From Octopus vulgaris (lineage: Eukaryota), in contig OX597816.1 of assembly GCA_951406725.2 (NCBI GenBank), positions 76,570,001 through 76,634,000 of the forward strand: a DNA stretch of 64,000 bases, given 5' to 3'. The notes below the pieces were generated by a model. The model was not told the DNA's origin. It did not search any database and saw nothing but the letters and a program-made list of their open reading frames with translations. Position numbers and translations under genes: made by a program. Below, piece after piece: positions 29,406 through 42,630 of the stretch (the stretch's first letter is position 1; the number at the start of each line of letters is the position of its first letter).

Positions 29406-31386
29406 CGATATATACAACAATATGTTCACACCCACACTCATACAGATAAATAAATTACACAACTAAAATACGCACACACACACACATTCACACATACATA
29501 AACACTCAAAAGAAAAACAACATTACTACACATAATACGATATATAAAATACTTCATAAGTAACCAGAATATCATAAGTAACAAGATTAACATAAGGAGA
29601 AAAAATATACATACTTTCAAATCAGTCTCAATTTATGAAGTGAAATTAAACTCTAGCCGTTAAAACGTCAAACAAAATTACGTTACCATAGGAACCTAAC
29701 ATATGTATAAAAAGACTTCGCGCTCTGTAAACGAACGTCATTTAAAATTATGAATGGAATAAATGGAATTAAAAATTCTATGCGCGTGGTAAACGAACAT
29801 TACTTAAAAATTATGAATGGAATAATGTAATAAAATAACAAACATCTTAAATAGACATAAATTACTACAAATTCATTAATAAAACTACCATGATAAACTA
29901 AAACTCATAAATACATATAATGATAAAACCTCCCTTTACTAAACACTATAACATACCTATATAGCAATCCCCCTAACCTATACATTCACACACAAATACA
30001 CACATGTAAACCACACACCCACGACATATACAAATACCCACCTCACTCACACATACCTATACATACGTATAAACCTCGATATATACACCAAAAATTCACT
30101 CCCACACCCATACAGATAAATAAACATATACATCCTTAAAAATAGGTGCAATCTCACGCACATCAATCATGCATGTATACAAGTGCATACACAAGCACAC
30201 ACTTTTACATATCACCATGCACTCCCACATCTACACATGCACTTATACACGCGCACATATGCACACACACCCATGCAACATACATATTCACGGACACTCT
30301 CCTAGACATCCAAATATACGTATAAATGGCTACAAGACAATACCCAATAAAAAAAACTACCATGAACAACAAACCAAGCTATAATGCATGGGGACTAAAA
30401 TACTAAAAATTCTAAATAAAATAATCATGATAAATGAAATCCATACATACAAATATAAAGATAAAACCCCTTACCAAAACACAATACACACAAATACACA
30501 CACATATAAACACCCACCCACAAACATAACCATATACACACTCTCACAAACATATACATACGTACAAACCTCGATATATACACCAATATATTCATTCCCA
30601 CACTCAATAAATTATTAAATAAATACATATACAAACATAAACATATATATATATATATAAAATATATATATATGTACATTCACACATAACATCACATACA
30701 CATATATATAAGAAACAGTCTTTCAAAAAAGTAAATAAATATTAATATATTTATATTTATATATGAGTCTGTACACGCAGACGGGTGCAAACACACGCAC
30801 ATTCAAAACATTCATGTATACAAGTGCATAAATAATCCCACTCAATTACATAGCACTCATACACTCCCACATCTACACTTGCACTTGTACACACGCACAC
30901 ATGCATACACACCCATACCTACATATTCACGGACAATCTCCCAAATATCTATAGAAACGTGTATTATAACAGACAATACCCAAATAAAAACTGCCATGTT
31001 CAACATACCAAATAAAATACAAAGGGATCGTAAACATTCACACATACATACAAAACTCAATATATACACCACTAAATACACCCAATCATCCATAATAATA
31101 TATCCTCAAATATACATATAACATATACATAATAAAAATACATAATAAAATAAAATAAATAAATAAGTAAAGAAAATAAAATAAATCTAATACAAATTAT
31201 TAAAGTTTTAACGTACCATAAACTGTTATATATTAATATACATTAAAAATGAACTAATTAAAACAAAGAAATATCAATTAAAGACTAACTATAATTAAAG
31301 CCTAGACTACATAACTAAATATATATAATACTCTAAACTAAATTTAATATTAAACTAAAGTAACCTTTAATAGGGAACTATTATTG

Positions 31387-33965
31387 TTATTTATCATGAA
31401 ACTTATTATATAGGTAAAGTAACCTATGTCTGCATTTTATTTTGCGTTCTTCACCTGTATTAAGTAAATTATCATACTTATAAAATAAAATTTCTTTAAA
31501 CTCATTAGAGCATAAATAACAACAATTCGCTCCTATAGTATATGAATTAGTTTTACAAATTATTTCCCAAATTAAACTATAATTAATATTTTGTGATTTA
31601 AGTCTCCAAATGTACTTACTAAGTCCAGTTGAGCTGATTAAGTTTTTATTTTTAAAAGAATTCATATGTTGTGCGATTCTTAATTTTATTTTTGAGGAAG
31701 TAGACCCTATATAAACCGCTTTTGGGTAATTATTATTCTTAAAGTTATTATCATGTAATGTAACTATACATTTATACACTACATCGTTAATATCACAATT
31801 ATTATTTAATATACATTTAGATTTTTCTCTACAAGTACAAATTAATATAAGTCTTATCATTATTATTATTATTATCAAATAATTTCTTTTTATAAAAATT
31901 ATTCAGTTTAAATTTATTAAATGAAGAAATAATGTTACCTACATTATTAGTGGTGGAATAACCTACTCCAAAATTATTACTAGAGAAAATGTTTCTATAT
32001 TTACGATTATCTCTAATAAATAGTTCTATAACATCTAAAATCTCTTTGATAATATTCGTTTTTACTTGATCTCCATAAGGAACTATTAACCAAATTTTAT
32101 TCTTATTAACCTTATTATTATTGTCATTATTATAAATATATTTATAATTCTTTATCTTATTAAAAGTATTATCAGAATTATATCAATGTACAGCATTTAA
32201 GGAATTATTAATATTATTAATTTTATCAATATTATTATTATTATTATTATTAAATTTATTTTTATTTTTATAATTCTTATTTGTATTATTATTATTATTA
32301 TTATTTTTATTCTTATTTTTATTTTTATCATTTTTATTATTATTTTTATAATATCTATTATTTTTACCACTAATACTAACAAAATTATAATTATTATTAT
32401 AAGTATCTCGAAAATTATCATTTAAATCTTTATCACTAATATTATAAAATTTAATATTCCTATTATAACCTGCCCCTCTAAGGGCCTCATTATAATAATT
32501 AGCATGTTTATTAAAAATCTCTATATCATAAGAGAGTAATGAAATACGTTTACTTATATTATTAATCAACGACTTTTTAATAGAAAATGGGTGATTACTA
32601 TTAACATTTATATATCTAAGGTTCTCATTAAGTTTATGATATGGTTGTGTTTTACCTGTAATTAGATTAAAATTAACATCTAAATAATTAACATTATAAT
32701 TTTCCTTATATATAGTAATACTTAAACCATATCTTTTAAAGAAACTATATAGTTTTTTCTTATATCCTTCTAGATTCCTATTAGTACAATTCTTTGTAAC
32801 TAGTAGAAGATCGTCTCTATATAATCCACCCTCTATTTTAAGATTTTCTAATTGGAGTTCAGATAAAAGAAAAATACCTACTAAATCAGTAGCTTGTGCA
32901 GAATCTGGTGCTCCCATAGGTATATCAAAACAATCTCTGGTATCATTCCTAGCCCATAATTTATTTTTATATTTAATGAGCGATTTCCTAGCCATTTTAA
33001 TTACATTAACTTCTTCAAGTGACATACCCACTTTATTCATTGCGAAAATAAGCGCTTTAATAAATCGTTATAAATTTATTCAAATAGATATAGATAATTA
33101 TTATTCTTCTATTAATGAAATTGTGTTTAATAAACACAATTTCATTAATAGAAGAATAATAATTATCTATATCTATTTGAATAAATTTATAACGATTTTT
33201 ATCTTTAATATTATTAAACCATTTCAATGTATTGTTATTACTAGACCATAATTTTAAATAATTAAGTTTATTTAACTTATTGATATATTTATCTAAAATA
33301 AATTTACTTAATTTACCTAGGTCAGATTTACATGGGCAAATTAATCTAACTTTAGGGTCTGAATAAAAATTATCTTTATGGTCTTTAAGAGTAATTCTGG
33401 GGTGCAAAGGTACATAAGGTTCAGTTTTATTATCCAACTCATATTTTAACATTACTAATTTAGAAACCTTATTAATATTATAAAGAATATCATCGGGAAC
33501 AATTTTATATTTTTTAATTATTTCCTTCCCTAATAGTTTATCATATAATTTAACATCTAATTTATATAGATTCCTAGTTTTATCAGATTGTACTATAATA
33601 CCATCTATATTTCTCATATCTTTAATTTTAATTGCTAAGTTCCTTAAATATTCATTATTTCTATTTGGGTATTTATGGAATTCAATATTTTTTACCACCT
33701 TCCATATACTATCTTCTAGTAATTGTAATTCCTTATTAAATGGAGGTTCCTTTCTAGATTTAAATTTAGAGGTAAAATTATCATTCCTACTATCATTATC
33801 ATTAAATAAATAAAAATTATAGTAAAAAGCTTTCCATTTAATTCTAGAAATAAAATCTTTAACATTATTAATAAGTTTCAAAATAAATTCCTTTCTAGAA
33901 GGAATAGGAATATCTTTCAAAGATGAATCCCAAAATAGCGGTTCTATCTTACCTGTAAATTCCAT
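31387..33965 (-). pseudogene. Penelope RT + GIY-YIG polyprotein ORF with three lesions
   Basis: QSDKTRNLY, TLKDHK..PKVRLICP, FIQIDIDNYYSSI, PMGAPDS, GLYRDDLL, NYLDVNFNL, Asn-rich linker, CTCREKSKC..VVYKC..VYIGST..CYLC. Disrupted by a 70-bp inverted insertion (~33065-33134), a TGA at 32183-32185 and a +1 frameshift near 31841. Confidence 0.92.
33062..33198. repeat. Perfect 68-bp-arm palindrome (inverted duplication inside the RT gene)
   Basis: 33062-33129 is the reverse complement of 33131-33198. Confidence 0.92.
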
Positions 33966-34017
33966 AATCTACGAAATTGAGGTATTACACTCAATATACA
34001 AAATTATCAATATTAAA

Positions 34018-35085
34018 AAATAATAAATATTAGGGAATAAATCCAAATTTACAGGGAAAAAATCAGATTTAGGATTAAATCCAATTTTATAGTAAAATAT
34101 TATATAATATTAATTAGAGACAAAACCACTATTTTGCAAAACAAACAAGGAAAGACTTAATCAATACATAAAATTTTAATAAAAAGTAAAAAAAGTAAAA
34201 AAACCGCCACTACAATTGTTTCATGTCTTGAATGACAATCTTCAGGTGGATTTCCGATCTAAAATATCAATATTTTAAAATATAAGTATAAAAAATAATT
34301 TTAAAATAATTAAAGTATCAATGAAAAAAAATAAATATATAATCTATATATAACCTATATATAATCCATAATAATCAATATATAATCTAAAATAAACCCT
34401 ATCAACAATTAAATATAAAACAAAATAAAAATAAACTATATATACACACATACGCATACACATATAACTAAGTATATATAACCATATCTAAATACATACA
34501 CTAATTCACACACCTATATATATATCCCTATACATACACATAAAAACGTCTAGGCAACGATAAATAAATAAAATAGCCAAATACTTCAACACAATACTTA
34601 TTCATACTCCCTCACACACACATACAACCCACATTCATAAACAATATACATATACCCGCTCACACATACATATATAAACATACAGAACTCGATATATACA
34701 CCAATATATTCACACCCACATCTATACAGATAAATAAATTACGCAAACAATCACACACACACACACATTCACACATATATAAACACTCAAAAGAAAAATA
34801 AACAATTCTTTGCACGTGGTGATCGAACGTTTTGTTTAAAAATTATGAATGGAATAATATATAATCAACGTAAATATATAGAATTTACTCCAAATCATTA
34901 ATAAACCATCATGATAAATGAAACCCATATATACATATAATGATAAAACTCCCTTTACCATACACAATTATACCTATATAGCAATCTCCATATATACATT
35001 CACACACAAATACACATACGTAAAACACACACACACAACATATACGTATACCCCCTCACATATACATATACATACGTACTAAACT
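34018..35085 (-). repeat. Penelope 5' pLTR
   Basis: Direct repeat of 28345-29405, lying just upstream of the ORF start on the minus strand. Confidence 0.92.
34207..34249 (-). ncRNA. Minimal type-I hammerhead ribozyme (pLTR copy 2)
   Basis: Identical to 28531-28573. Confidence 0.8.
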
Positions 35086-35635
35086 CAAGACATGAAACAA
35101 TTGTAGTCGCGGTTTTTTTACTTTTTATTAAAGTATAGGGTCAAAAAGTGGGTACGTAGCCGCCATGTATATATGTAAAAGTAAAAAAACACAAACTGGG
35201 ACAAGAACGTGAAACATTTAGAAGACGACACAAAAAACACGGACGGGACTTTCGAAGCTCTCATATATATATATACGTTTAAATATATAGTGCGTGTGTT
35301 TTTATTGGCTAAACTGGCAAAATTACCATTCCTAAATACAACAATATATATATATATAAATATATATATATACATATATGTAAATATACATTTACACACA
35401 GACACAGACACACGCACACACACACATACACACACATATATATATATATATATATTCATATGTATATATATGAGTATATGAGTGAACCAATGTGTGGATG
35501 GCGCGCACGCACATCTGCAAATCTGTAAAACTCAAACTAACCGCCGTTGGGAAGGAACGCTATTTTGATTGAAATTTTGTTTTGGTGTTATGCCACATAT
35601 CATAGATTGGTGTTATGCAACGTATCATAAGAACA

Positions 35636-35688
<53 letters not shown>

Positions 35689-35689
<1 letters not shown>

Positions 35690-36630
35690 CTAGCATTATG
35701 ACCCGTCGTTGCCGGGTCATAGTGCTAGTGCATGTATATATGTGTATATATATGTGTATATATATGTTTACATATTACATGTACATCTATATATATATAC
35801 ATCTACACATAAAATACAAAATACAAAGTCATATCTTGATATCGCTAGTGATAACAATACTCAAAATATATAACAGACTGGAATTGTAAGCCCGTCTCTT
35901 GCAATTTCGATCAATTGTATCTTGTCCTTCTTCTTGTATAGAAGTGTGGCTACAATCCAGCCTACCTCCACTGCTGGGGAGGGGGACATTTTTGATTTTT
36001 ATCCGGAACGTCCTAAGTCCCAGATATAAAGGTAATTATAAAATATTTCCACTTTGCAAGTCCGAGTCGAGTACTACCTTGCACGCTCCGTTGACTCGAA
36101 CCTTGCTTCTATTGTGGCAAATTTACCGCCTCTGGTTAGATATCTTTCATAATCGCACCAAGATACTTTTCGAAGGTGCTTTTCTCCAGGTGTTCAAATC
36201 TTTTTTCTGTACATTGTATACTTTATAGACAATAGTCTTTTCTTTAATTTATTTTTTTATTATCCATCTGGACTATTCCATTTCTGCACGCTAATTTTAT
36301 TTTTAATTTATTCCTATTCATGTGAAACTACTTGTTCAAGTCATTGATGCAATTTTATACCAATTGCTATTTTTACGAGCCCGACTCACCCGAAATTCCT
36401 GGCCTTTTGCCAAAATTTGTAAGCATTGCATACATATATGCCCTCACCTATAAAGCATTATATTACAACCACTCCAATTTTCAATTTTCAATGAAAATAG
36501 CTTTTGGTGTTAACGGAGATAATCTTACCGTTAGCATATGTGTAAGTAGCTAAGCGGAAAATTGTCATCCGTTCGGACGAAACACGTAAAAACGCACATT
36601 CACATGTACACAGACATAGTAGTGTTTTGT
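35689..36630 (-). mobile_element. Possible non-autonomous Helitron/Helentron-like element
   Basis: Terminal hairpin ACTAGCATTATGACCCG-tcgttgc-CGGGTCATAGTGCTAGT with CTAG ends at 35689-35729. The far boundary is uncertain. Confidence 0.4.
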
Positions 36631-36896
36631 TACCGAATGTTCAAGAGAAAATTCGTAGAGTTACAGTCCTATGTTCGAGAAACATATGTGAATCCTTTCT
36701 GTGATATTACCTCCGAGGCTAAAATGTAGGACTAGCAGGAACGACAGAATTGGGATATAGCTAAAATGTTAGTAGAATTTACAAAACTTTCTTAATGTTC
36801 AGAGAATGTCTTGATACATCATATGAAAAAGCAAAGAATAAATATATATCCACAAGTTTTTAAACAACTAAAAAAAAAAAACAGAAAACAGCAACA

Positions 36897-37312
36897 GGCG
36901 CAGGAGTGGCTGTGTGGTAAGTAGTTTGCTTACGAACCACATGGTTCCGGGTTCAGTCCCACTGCGTGGCACCTTGGGCAATTGTCTTCTACTATAGCCT
37001 CGGGCCGACCAAAGCCTTGTGAGTGGATTTGGTAGACGGAAACTGAAAGAAGCCCGTATATATGTTTATATATATGTGTGTGTTTGTATGTGTGTGCGTA
37101 TATGCTTGTGTGTCAGTTTGACCCCAGCATCGCTTGACAACCGATGCTGTTATGTTCACGTCCCCGTAACTTAGCGGTTCGGCCAAAGAAACCGATAGAA
37201 TAAGTAGTAGGCTTACAAAGAATAAGTCCTGGGGTTGATGTGCTCGACTAAATGCGGTGTTCCAACATGGCCACAGTCAAACGACTGAAACAAGTAAAAG
37301 AGTAAAGAGTAG
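36897..37312 (+). mobile_element. tRNA-derived CORE-type SINE (octopus OR-like)
   Basis: A box TGGCTGTGTGG, B box GGTTCAGTCC, core-like CCTTGGGCAA, internal (TG) tract, LINE-like tail GCGGTG..CATGGCC-CAGTC..GACTG-AAAC and (AGTAAAAG) repeats. Closely similar to 54722-55103. Confidence 0.85.
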
Positions 37313-38204
37313 AGAGAGAGATTAAGATCGGTTGTGAAAATAAATACCGTATTTAAAGCATATGCGTCTTAAACTCATTCGGAGATTGGTTCGACAGGAT
37401 TCGGCATGATTACATCTTTTAAATGTAGCACTCCAAAATCATAGCCTTCACTCTAAATCGAGTATAACCTTGTTGCATATACCATGCTTTTGATGTAGGT
37501 TTCTCTCTCAACTCAGCGTTGGAGCGTGAAAGCAAGATAAAGGGCTGTACCATCACTAGAGTGGTATTCACATTTGTGTGGTCGTATGTTAAATAATATA
37601 ACAACAATTGACGGTAAAATAAGTATTTGTTCCGAATTTTGACATAATTACTGTTTCTACCATCACAAACATCATAATGACCTTCATCATTAAAATCATT
37701 GTTGTCATCAACAGCATTATCATTACATTCACCCACTACGAAGTACTGAGTCATTACACTAAGTACGATTGCTTAAATGTTTGAGAAATGGTCGTATAAG
37801 CAATAGGCCTGCAGCGTAAAACATCTACGATGTTTACTTGCACGTGACGCTACATATGGGTATGTTATGCTTTAAGGGGTCTTAAAGAGTGAAAAAAAGG
37901 CTGCATTTACTGCAAATGAGTATATTTCTGGTCGAAAAGTGAAAGTTTTATTTATTATAAGAAAAATCAATCACGCGGTTGAGATTAAATATGCAAAGTT
38001 ATATTCACGAGTTTTATGTCCAGTAAAATGGAGACTCATCATCGATTACAAAATATAATCTTTTAATAATTCCTGAAATTAATCAGGAATGGTATAAAGG
38101 AATGGTATGAACCCACTTAAATAGATAATAAATAGCAGTATTTCGCTTATTTCTACTTCTTGCTTAATATACATTTTCTTTGTGTGTGTATTTATATATG
38201 TATA

Positions 38205-38235
<31 letters not shown>

Positions 38236-38240
<5 letters not shown>

Positions 38241-38386
38241 CTTTATTTAAAAGCAGCAGAAAATTCAACAAAACCTGTTACTCGTTCGTCGGACAGTTTT
38301 TGCTACAATCTGTCCGACGAACGGGAACGTGAAACTCAGAGTAACAGGTTTTGTTGAATTTTCTGCTGCTTTTAAATAAAGTATAT
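38236..38386. repeat. Fold-back element: 48-bp perfect inverted arms plus an inner 14-bp inverted repeat
   Basis: Arms 38236-38283 / 38339-38386; inner repeat 38283-38296 / 38310-38323. Confidence 0.9.
38309..38348 (+). ncRNA. Minimal hammerhead motif, U4C core variant
   Basis: tctgt-CCGACGA-ACG-ggaa-CGT-GAAAC-TCAGA-GTA-acagg; stems I, II and III can all form. Confidence 0.6.
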
Positions 38387-39382
38387 TACTCTACCACTGG
38401 TATTTGAGTACTCTTTTTTCGACCTTGTTTCACATTTATTGTTATGGTTCAGCATCAGATTGCTCTTGAAACATCCATTGCAGAGATTACTAATAACAGC
38501 TATGATTAAACGTTTGTAGGAACAAATAATATAAACATTTTGATTATTGTTCCTGTATGTATATATGTATGAATGTATACATAAATATATGTATGTTTGC
38601 CATAGGTATGACTTAAACTGCATCCGGTAGTGAAGTCCAGGCATGGGACTTCCGAGATTATTGTTCCCAGTCTGTTCTTACCCGGAGTAGTAAGGACCCA
38701 GTTATGGGTTAACAAATATATGAATCACTGAGGAGTACCCCTAGATCTCGTTTGAGCTTCCTTCTAGGCGAAAGTAAACGCATATATAAAAAAAGAAACC
38801 TTCAGAGCAGTCGGTTCTCTGATGTTTCCACCTCTGTTGTTAAACTGGTGCTGTAGCTCGTGCTGTAGATGATTGTGTTGGGAAGTGGACTCAATAATGT
38901 GCAGCAATTTATCCACTGAAGGCAAATTCATGCACAGGAACTTCTTGGACTCTCGGAACATTCGCATGGTCTGAGTTTAGGAAGTGATCTTACACAGTCA
39001 GAATTTATTTTCATCATATATGCAAACACATATACATACATACATGCATGCTACATACATACATACATACATACATACATACATACATACATACATACAT
39101 ACATACATACATACATACATACACACATACATACATACATACATACACATTTAAACGCAAACACACATACACACACACATGAATATATATATACATGCAA
39201 ATATGTATATATTACGCATAAGCAAAGCCTGAAAGATTGCTTTAAGATACATAGGATATCCTATAGATATGATGTTTAAGTACCATAAGTAGCTCATTCG
39301 GCTGTGTAGTTAATTTGATACATCTATATATATAGCAACATCTGATAGCCTAGTCGGTCACGTTATCACGTGACATGTGTAT

Positions 39383-39420
<38 letters not shown>

Positions 39421-39442
39421 ACGTTTCATAATACATATAATA

Positions 39443-39523
<81 letters not shown>

Positions 39524-40369
39524 TATATATATATAAAGGAGACGTGTGTGTGTTCGCCTTTCATGTGAAAACGGCTGCACGAATTGCTTCCATACTTGGT
39601 ATGCATGGATAATACGGTTATTCTTTTCCTTAAAATAAATAATATTGCTTTATATTAATGATTCGCTTTAAAAAGTTTTCTCAATGTCAACTTCTAGTAT
39701 TGATGTAAAAGCGGCGAAGTCTCTTATTCTCTATTTTAATGTTTTCATTTCAAGTTTCAATTCGCTATTTGTAAACAACTAAGATAAATTACTAAAAGCA
39801 CTATTTACTAAGTTCACAAATTTAGATATTAGCTACAAGATAGTTCTTAACGTGCTTTTATTTATACGATGTTTTCATTTCACGTTTATCTCATTCATTA
39901 TTTACAATGTTCTCTCCCCCACTATCTCTCCCCCACTATCTCTCCCTCTCTCTCATACGCACACAAACTCCAGGTTTGATTTCGTTATTACACGAATATC
40001 ACATTAAAATTTTGCAATTCAGCATGGGGCGTTCAAGAAATATGGGCATTCTTTCGCTTGAACTCACAAACTTCGTTAATTTCCGTTTTTTCTTTTAATT
40101 ATTTACTTTTTGCGCGCCGTATTTAGCTCTATGCATTTGTAGAGAGTCACACACGCACGCGTATGTTTTTGTATGTACGTTTGTATACATCTGTGTATGT
40201 GTATGTGTGTGTGGGGGAGAGTGTGTTTGAGTGAAGGAGTGTGTTGTCATGTATACGTACATACATAAATACATATACATACATCTTTTTTGTATGTACG
40301 TATACGTGTGTGTGAGAGAAACAGAAAGAGAGTGATGTCTAAGTGGCACTCACTCTCTATCATTCTCCC

Positions 40370-40402
<33 letters not shown>

Positions 40403-40545
40403 TACGTACAAAAAAGATATATGCTTATTTATAAATCTACGTACGTATAAATGATATCACACCCCTTCACTCGCTCTTTCTCTCTCTCTCCCTCTCTCAC
40501 ACACACATCCATTTCATCTGATGTTTGATACTGTATGTATATGTA

Positions 40546-40588
<43 letters not shown>

Positions 40589-40670
40589 ATATGCGTGCGC
40601 GCGTGCGCATGTGAGTGGTATTCCACAATCACCAGAAAAAATGATATGTGACAATTATTCGGTAGCCAAG

Positions 40671-40729
40671 ATAAAACTCTGAGTTTCGGATGCCGAGGTA
40701 GAAATCCACAACATCATCTCTTCGGTTAT
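40671..40729 (-). ncRNA. Hammerhead-like motif, U4C core variant
   Basis: ataa-CCGAAGA-gatGATGTTG..CGGCATCc-GAAAC-TCAGA-GTT-ttat; same stem III as 38309-38348. Confidence 0.5.
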
Positions 40730-40741
40730 ATATAAATATTT

Positions 40742-40780
<39 letters not shown>

Positions 40781-40795
40781 TACATATATATATGT

Positions 40796-40855
<60 letters not shown>

Positions 40856-41103
40856 TGGTATGGTTTCTCTTTATTTCTCAAACTCATAATAATAATATAT
40901 AACGACACTTTGAAAATCTTAGAACACACATATACACACACCACGCTCTACCGTTGGTAAGTGCGCTTAAATTAGTCCAATGTGTGCGTGTATGTGTGTG
41001 TGTATGCGTGTGTGTGCATGTGTATGGATGTGAATGTGTATGTATGTGCTTATATGTATATTGCTTCCATATCCTTATGCTTGTTCTATTACTTTATCAA
41101 AAG

Positions 41104-41235
41104 GGTCAATGTGGTGCCAAGCAGGAGAACAATTTATGTGCCCAAAAAACTATCGATGTATAAAAAAAGAATTCCTATGTGACGGTTTCAACGATTGTAA
41201 AAACACGTGGAGAGGCACAGATGAATCCTTTTGTG
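41104..41235 (+). CDS. GRL101: GRL101-like receptor, exon C (LDLa module)
   Basis: aag acceptor, gtaagc donor, 132 nt, phase 1-1. Encodes GSMWCQAGEQFMCPKNYRCIKKEFLCDGFNDCKNTWRGTDESFC. Confidence 0.9.
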
Positions 41236-42391
41236 GTAAGCAAATATTTATATTGATAATATATTGATAAAGATAATCAGCTGAGCCAAAATGCTTTGTG
41301 TTATTACTTTTTCTTACTATTTTCAAATCTTGCCAGGCTGATTTTCTTCCCTGTTGATAAAAAATATATCAGATGTCTTAATCAGCTACACTGATTCTCT
41401 AACATATGTTACAATACGTTTGTTATAATACGGCATATTGTGGGCGCCCTGTAATTTAAATAACAGAGATAAGCAGAGTTTATATTCTGATTTTATATCT
41501 GCCCAGTGTTATTTAAATTCAGTAGCGTAATTTAGGTCCACCATATATATATATATACAAATATATATACATACATATATATATGCTGATATATATATAC
41601 GTGTGTGTATCTGTGTGTGTGCGAGCGCATGTGTATATGTGTGCTTGTGTGCGTATGTACCTGTGTGTATGTATACATGCATATATATAACATCACGAAG
41701 CAGATCTTTAGGTTAGATCAAATATGTTTGTGACATATTTTTAATTCTAAAGGCAATTTCAATGCAGTTTACCCTAGATAAAACATTCTCATTTATGGTA
41801 AGTTCGTAAATATACCATTATTAGCCCAGTGGCGCCCACCATTTGAGCTATAGATATATTTCTGGCTTGTTATGCGTTCTTCAGAAAAGCATACCAAAAA
41901 GAAGCAACTCTTTGCCGATTAGTAAACTATAGCGTATTTACAGCTTTGCGAAATGTGAAGTATTTTCTGCCTGGTAAACTGCAGTGAAATTGCATTTAGA
42001 AGTAAATATATGCCAGAAACATCTCTGAACTAACCTAAAGTTTATTTTCAGCCACTGCTTCGCGCTACTACTTATATATTTGATCAGATTTGAAGGTCTA
42101 CAAGCCGAAATCAGTCACTAGCATTGACTGAATCATTATGAAGTTACGGCTTTGTAATCAGCTCAGCATAACTTGTTTGTTATCCCGCACGAGGAAGGCG
42201 TAACGAACTGGAAATGCATGTGGGAGTACAATAGAATACACAACTGAGTTGATAATTGTGTATTTATACTTTGGCCATAAGTAAGAATTATTTCTCCGCG
42301 GTAAACAGCTTTGAAATTGTCTTTAGGTGTTGAAATATGTCAAAAATATATTTCCGGTAATTTAAAGTATATTTATACATACACACATACA

Positions 42392-42630
<239 letters not shown>

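Larger units (their letters stand above)
28345..35132 (-). mobile_element. Near full-length Penelope-like retroelement with direct pLTRs and a terminal inverted pLTR fragment
   Basis: Near-identical direct repeats 28345-29405 and 34018-35085, inverted partial copy at 35085-35132, internal RT+GIY-YIG ORF, left end abutting (TA)n. Confidence 0.93.

Noticed and set aside
36897-36975. tRNA-like A/B boxes (also at 54722 and 48460-48538)
   Set aside because: These are SINE heads; no cloverleaf or anticodon arm, so not called as tRNA genes
37270-37300. SINE tail CAGTC..GACTGAAACAAGTA resembling hammerhead stem II + GAAA
   Set aside because: There is no CUGANGA upstream; better explained as a LINE-type 3' stem-loop
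38728-38780. CTGAGGA..CCTAG..CTAGG-C-GAAAG hammerhead-like string
   Set aside because: Stems I and III and an NUH triplet could not be identified
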